64,000 nucleotides of DNA. It comes from Bacillales bacterium. GTDB lineage: Bacteria; Bacillota; Bacilli; Paenibacillales; CANHCR01. The notes beneath the pieces were generated by a model that was given only the letters and a program-made list of their open reading frames with translations, was not told the DNA's origin and ran no database searches. Both the position numbers and the translations under genes were made by a program. Each line of letters begins with the position of its first letter. The stretch's first letter is position 1. Location of the stretch: contig CANHCR010000002.1 in assembly GCA_947459205.1 (NCBI GenBank), positions 8,498 to 72,497 of the forward strand, in the 5' to 3' direction. Positions 58,990 to 64,000 of the stretch are shown here, in pieces.

Positions 58990-59718
58990 CTATTTCCAGC
59001 GTTTACGCGTCAGCACTTGTACCGTCAAAAAGATGAACAGCGCGCTGAGCGAGATGTAGAATATCAAATCAGACAGATCAAACAATCCTCGTTGCAAATC
59101 ACTAAGTCTTCCGATCAGTGAAAACTGCTCAATCAGCGGTTGTGCGTCGACATAGACGCTCGTACCGATCCATTCAATAATCCATAGCAACAGTAATATG
59201 CCAAGGGCCGCAATCCCCGAAACCATCTGATTACTCGACAATGAGGATGCGAATAAACCGACCGACATCATCGTCGCTCCCATCACGAAGTAACCGAGGT
59301 AGGATAGCCACATCACTGGCAATTCTAAAGTGCCGTACTGAGCCAAAATGAGCGGATAAGCAAAGCTGAGAGTGACAATTAGCAACAGCACCGTCAACGA
59401 TGCCAAATACTTGCCAAGCACGATTTCCGTCAAATTCGCCGGTGAGGTAAAGAGCAATTCGTCCGTTCCTTGACGCAACTCTTCGGATAATAAACGCATC
59501 GTCAAAAATGGAATGACGAACACCGAGATGATCGACATCGAGTCGAAAATGAGGCGCACATCAACGAGTTGCGAACCGATGAAATTCGCAGAGAAAAAGT
59601 AACTTACGATCACAAAAAAGAACGCGAACGCAGCATAAGATACCGGCGACACGAAATACATATGTAGCTCTTTACGAGTAATCGCAATCAGTCTACTCAA
59701 GTGATTCGCCCTCCTCAC
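58990..59718 (-). CDS. ABC-2 type permease (GldF-like)
   Basis: RKEL..YF.SP, TMRLLSEE.RQGT.ELL.TSP, GKYLA. Confidence 0.9.
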   Translation of the reverse strand: MRRANHLSRLIAITRKELHMYFVSPVSYAAFAFFFVIVSYFFSANFIGSQLVDVRLIFDSMSIISVFVIPFLTMRLLSEELRQGTDELLFTSPANLTEIVLGKYLASLTVLLLIVTLSFAYPLILAQYGTLELPVMWLSYLGYFVMGATMMSVGLFASSLSSNQMVSGIAALGILLLLWIIEWIGTSVYVDAQPLIEQFSLIGRLSDLQRGLFDLSDLIFYISLSALFIFLTVQVLTRKRWK

Positions 59719-60655
59719 TGCTCGACCCTGTCAATTTCATAAACACATCTTCCAAACTGACGGATGAACGCGACATCTCCAAAATCGGATAACCCGCTTC
59801 GGCTAACGCATAAAACAGCTGCTCACGCACGTCACGAAAGGCCTTTACTTTGATGCGCGCTAACGATGCTTCATCGCTTGCTTGACGTCCGGCCATTTGC
59901 ACCGATTTCACAGATTCGATTGCGTTGACCGTTCTCAGCACCTCAGATTCAGGACCTTTCACCGCGAGCGTCACCTCAAATCCCTCGCTGTTCGAATGCA
60001 TCAGTTCGTCAGTCTTGCCGTCCATCACCAACTTACCATCGTTAATGATGAGCACGCGATTACAAATTGAACTTACTTCTTGCAAGATGTGCGTACTCAG
60101 CAGAATCGTACGCTCTTTGCTCAGTTCACTGATTAACGAGCGCACTTCAATTATCTGTTTCGGATCGAGACCGCTCGTCGGCTCATCGAGAATAAGCAAT
60201 TCAGGATCGTGCACAATCGCTTGCGCTAATCCTAATCGTTGCCTGAATCCCTGGGACAATCCGCGAATCACTTGCTGTTCCCGCCCTTCAAAACCAAGGC
60301 GCGTCAACACTTGCTCGATTCGTTCTTTTTGCTGTTTACGTGGAATTTCACGCAAATCTGCGATGAATTTCATATATCCCCAAACGGACAATTCCGGATA
60401 CACGGGCGGCGTTTGCGGCAAGTAACCGATTTTGCGGCGAGCAGCACGCGGTAAATTCGTCATCGAAATGCCATCGACTAAAATTTCACCCTTCGTCGGA
60501 TACAAATAACCAGTAATCAAGCGCATCGTCGTCGTTTTCCCTGCCCCGTTCGGACCTAAGAAACCAACAATTTCACCGCGATTCATCGAGAAGTCAATCT
60601 GGTTCACGCCGCGCATGTTGTCATACGTCTTACTTAACTGCTTTACTTCAAGCAC
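59693..60655 (-). CDS. ABC transporter ATP-binding protein (GldA-like)
   Basis: GPNGAGKTT, LSQG, ILDEP, STH. Confidence 0.93.
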   Translation of the reverse strand: MLEVKQLSKTYDNMRGVNQIDFSMNRGEIVGFLGPNGAGKTTTMRLITGYLYPTKGEILVDGISMTNLPRAARRKIGYLPQTPPVYPELSVWGYMKFIADLREIPRKQQKERIEQVLTRLGFEGREQQVIRGLSQGFRQRLGLAQAIVHDPELLILDEPTSGLDPKQIIEVRSLISELSKERTILLSTHILQEVSSICNRVLIINDGKLVMDGKTDELMHSNSEGFEVTLAVKGPESEVLRTVNAIESVKSVQMAGRQASDEASLARIKVKAFRDVREQLFYALAEAGYPILEMSRSSVSLEDVFMKLTGSSSEEGESLE

Positions 60656-60807
60656 AAATCGTCCCTCCCTATTTTCAGAGTTCTATTTTCAGAGTACCTC
60701 ATCTAGTTTACTTGATATTGCGTTTGCCAAACTTAAATAAAGATTAAACTTTGGACAAAGATTGTTCACATTATAAAGTGTTCACAATTCCGTCACATTT
60801 CAACGAT

Positions 60808-61767
60808 TTATGTCCGTCTACTGAACCACTTTTTTAACAGCCAATGATTGAGCGTCGCCATTGGCTGCTGAATCAAAATCGACAGCACCACCGGGACGGC
60901 TGCGAGCGGTCCAAAATATTGCAAACCAACAACAATCCCAAGCGAAATGTTGCGCATCCCCGCCAAATACGGCAATGTCGTGATTTGCGAACTTCTCCCT
61001 GGCAATAAGCAAGCGAGGAAGCCGAGCCCGTAACAAAGCACGACAACGAGCAACGTGACCGGAACGAGTTTCAACAAATCGCCTCGCAGTTCGCTCATAA
61101 AAGGTGTGATCGCGGCCACATTAATCATCACAACGAGCATAAACGCGATTTTCGTTGACGGAGTCGCATAAGGATGTATCTTTTCGCGAAACGACCCCTT
61201 CGTCCAATGATTGACGAGTACACCAATTGTCGTCGGCAAGACAATCATCAGCGACAAATCACGAAACAGTTCCCAATATTCAAAATCTAAGCGCGTTCCA
61301 AAAAATTGCGCCAACACAGCCGGCAAGATGAGCGGGCTGAGCAACGTGTCAATGACGACGAGCGCGAGTGTAAGTGCAACGTTGCCATTCGACAAACCAA
61401 CCCAAATAATCGATGAAACGCCGAGCGGGATGGCAGCAAATAAAACCATACCAATGATGTACGGCGAACCTGCGCCGAACCAAAACACGCCGAGTTCATA
61501 GACAACCCACGGCGCCACCAAGTGCGCCAACAACAAAACGATCAACATCAACGCGGGTCTGCGAAACGTGGCCCGTAAATCTTCGACCTTACAACTAAGC
61601 GCCATGACAAACGTAATCCAGGCAAACAACCAAGCAATCCAACCGGTCAACGATGCCAAACGGTCAGCGAAAAAGAAGCCCGCCACCATCGATGACGGGA
61701 TGATGACGAACATATATTTTTCGAAAAAACCATTAAACTTCAGGCCATAGTGACCGATCCGCGTCAC
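60808..61767 (-). CDS. Bile acid:sodium symporter family protein
   Basis: Multi-TM protein; P.GVSS..W..GNVAL, GMRN. Confidence 0.85.
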   Translation of the reverse strand: MTRIGHYGLKFNGFFEKYMFVIIPSSMVAGFFFADRLASLTGWIAWLFAWITFVMALSCKVEDLRATFRRPALMLIVLLLAHLVAPWVVYELGVFWFGAGSPYIIGMVLFAAIPLGVSSIIWVGLSNGNVALTLALVVIDTLLSPLILPAVLAQFFGTRLDFEYWELFRDLSLMIVLPTTIGVLVNHWTKGSFREKIHPYATPSTKIAFMLVVMINVAAITPFMSELRGDLLKLVPVTLLVVVLCYGLGFLACLLPGRSSQITTLPYLAGMRNISLGIVVGLQYFGPLAAVPVVLSILIQQPMATLNHWLLKKWFSRRT

Positions 61768-63323
61768 TTGAACACCGGCTCTTTAAACGACGCCAGCTTG
61801 TCCAGTGAATGTTGCTCAACGTCGGCATGCAAACTGTTGCCGTGCGAGTCCATCGTCACGACAGCCGCAAAACCGCGCGTCTCCAAGTGCCACATCGCTT
61901 CAGGAATACCGAATTCCATAAAATCAACGCCATTCACCTTTGGCAAACATTGCGCATAGTACTGCGCGGCGCCTCCTATCGCGTTCAAGTAGACGGCGCC
62001 ATGTTCCTGCAATGCCTGCAACGTCTTCTTGCCCATTCCGCCCTTACCAATCACCGCACGAATTCCGAATTTCTTGATGATGTCACCTTGGTACGGTTCT
62101 TCGCGAATGCTAGTCGTCGGGCCCGCCGCCTTCACCTGCCACTCATCGTCATTTTTCAGCATCACCGGACCACAGTGATAGATCACCGCTCCGTTCAAAT
62201 CGACAGGTGAATCGTGATCCATCAAATATTTATGGAGTGCATCACGACCGGTGTGCATCTCGCCGTTAATGATGACCACATCACCCACGCGCAGTTCGCG
62301 AATTTGCTCCTCGCCAATGGGCGTCTGTAACACAATCTCACGTGGACGCGCCCCATCAGACTGCGCCGCATTCTCTGTTGCCGAACCACCACTGCGAACC
62401 GCTGCTAGCGCCTCGTCCGCCGCTTCCGAACCTTTATAAATCCAATCGTTAATTTGTCCGTTCGTCACATCAATCAAAACACCCTGCCTGCGATATGCCC
62501 AGCAATTATAGGCCACTGAGACAAAGAAACTCGCCGGCAAACGATTTGCAACGCCGACTTTACAGCCAAGCAGCGTCACTTGACCGCCAAAACCCATCGT
62601 ACCAATCCCCAATTTATTCGCATGTTCCATCACATACTCTTCTAACTTCTGCAAATCAGCATGCGGATTGACATCGTCTACCGCGCGGAACAGTTGCTGT
62701 TTCGCAAGCTCGTAACCACTCGTGCGATCACCGCCAATGCCGACTCCGATAAATCCTGCCGAACAACCCTGCCCTTGAGCCTGATAGACCGCATGCATAA
62801 TGCACTTGCGAATACCGTCCAAATCGCGACCCGCTTTGCCTAGGCCCTCAAGTTCCATCGGCAAACTGTACTGGATATTCTTATTTTCGCAACCGCCGCC
62901 CTTCAAAATCAGGCGCACGTCAATTTCTTCCTGCTCCCATTGTTCGAAATGCATGACCGGCATCCCTGGTCCCAAATTGTCGCCACTGTTGGCACCGCTC
63001 AGTGAATCGACCGAGTTCGGACGCAGTTTGCCATCCTTCGTCGCACGTTGCACCGCCGCCCGAATCGCTTTCTTGATTTCAATCTGATTCACGCCGACTG
63101 GCGTATGAACAATAAACGTCGGCATCCCTGTATCCTGGCAAATCGGCGATACGTTCGTCTCAGCCATGGCTATGTTATCGGCAATCGTCGTCAGCGACAT
63201 CGCCGCCCTTGTCCCTTGATCCTCAAGCTGCGCAGCACGTGCGACTGCACCGCGCACATCGCCTGGTAAATTGGTCGATGTTTCGACAATCAAGCGATAC
63301 ATACTTTCCTCAAAATGTTGCAT
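61764..63323 (-). CDS. Class I (Fe-S) fumarate hydratase
   Basis: PICQDTG, KGGGCEN, GRDA.H, HCGPV, AGPTTS.R. Confidence 0.93.
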   Translation of the reverse strand: MQHFEESMYRLIVETSTNLPGDVRGAVARAAQLEDQGTRAAMSLTTIADNIAMAETNVSPICQDTGMPTFIVHTPVGVNQIEIKKAIRAAVQRATKDGKLRPNSVDSLSGANSGDNLGPGMPVMHFEQWEQEEIDVRLILKGGGCENKNIQYSLPMELEGLGKAGRDLDGIRKCIMHAVYQAQGQGCSAGFIGVGIGGDRTSGYELAKQQLFRAVDDVNPHADLQKLEEYVMEHANKLGIGTMGFGGQVTLLGCKVGVANRLPASFFVSVAYNCWAYRRQGVLIDVTNGQINDWIYKGSEAADEALAAVRSGGSATENAAQSDGARPREIVLQTPIGEEQIRELRVGDVVIINGEMHTGRDALHKYLMDHDSPVDLNGAVIYHCGPVMLKNDDEWQVKAAGPTTSIREEPYQGDIIKKFGIRAVIGKGGMGKKTLQALQEHGAVYLNAIGGAAQYYAQCLPKVNGVDFMEFGIPEAMWHLETRGFAAVVTMDSHGNSLHADVEQHSLDKLASFKEPVFK

Positions 63324-63381
63324 CTCCGATTCTCCTTTTGTGACTATTTCCATTGCTAATTATAGCATAAATAAGAACCAA

Positions 63382-64000
63382 TCAAAGTCCGTTCTGACGG
63401 AGCACATTTTGAATGACAGACGCTGATACGAACAGTTTTTCACGCTCATCCGCTGACAAATTCAACTCAATCAACTCACGCACGCCGTCGCGGTTGATAA
63501 CCGCCGGTAAGCCAATGCAAATGTCGCACAGTCCGTACGCTCCCCCAGGATTCACAGACGCCGTCAAGATCGCTTTCTCATCATGCATGATTGCTTCGCT
63601 CACTCGCAGCAAGCCCATTCCAATCGCGTAATACGTCGCTCGCTTACGCTGAATAATCTGATAGGCAGCCGTTACGACATCTTTAAATATCGCATCCATC
63701 GTCGCACGATCCTGCTCATCATTCGCATCTAAAATCTCAAGCACCTGCTTTGCGCCTACATAAGCGTGACTCCACACCGGCAACTCGCTATCTCCGTGTT
63801 CACCAATGATGTAAGCATGGACATTGTGCGGATCGACGTGAAAATGATGTCCTAGCAAATATCGGAACCGCGCTGTATCGAGCACTGTCCCTGAACCAAT
63901 CACACGTCCTTCAGGCAACCCGCTAAACTTCGCAACAGCTGCTGTCAATACATCGACCGGGTTGCTGGCCACCAAAAAGATGCCGTTAAAGCCAGCATTC
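63382..64000 (-). CDS. ldh: L-lactate dehydrogenase (5' part outside the window)
   Basis: NPVD, GSGTVLDTAR, GEHGDS, ATYYAIG. Confidence 0.9.
   Translation of the reverse strand, partial: NAGFNGIFLVASNPVDVLTAAVAKFSGLPEGRVIGSGTVLDTARFRYLLGHHFHVDPHNVHAYIIGEHGDSELPVWSHAYVGAKQVLEILDANDEQDRATMDAIFKDVVTAAYQIIQRKRATYYAIGMGLLRVSEAIMHDEKAILTASVNPGGAYGLCDICIGLPAVINRDGVRELIELNLSADEREKLFVSASVIQNVLRQNGL

Overview
Bacillales (Paenibacillaceae-like) chromosome segment. 51.0-64 kb is core genome (nrdR, SASP, lytic transglycosylase, coaE, mutM, polA, GldAFG-like ABC module, bile acid:Na symporter, class I fumarase, ldh). 1-51.0 kb is a visibly AT-richer composite island anchored at a tRNA-Ala(GGC) locus and running off the left edge. 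It carries a large serine recombinase, a resolvase pair, a type I RM system, a C5 methyltransferase, a PD-(D/E)XK nuclease, TA/Fic/immunity genes and two DUF6273 proteins. Two things stand out. (1) The tRNA-Ala locus appears to have been split in its D-loop three times in succession, and about ten related, co-oriented att-like sites plus two decayed tRNA-Ala copies partition the island into cassettes. This suggests a serine-recombinase cassette array that renews its own tRNA target. (2) A 16-kb co-oriented cluster encodes a Sir2-like protein, two giant Hsp70/actin-fold paralogs with unrelated N-termini (plus the 3' stub of a third), a HerA/FtsK ATPase and small partners, making it a candidate new defence system. 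All calls come from reading motifs by eye; no searches were run.
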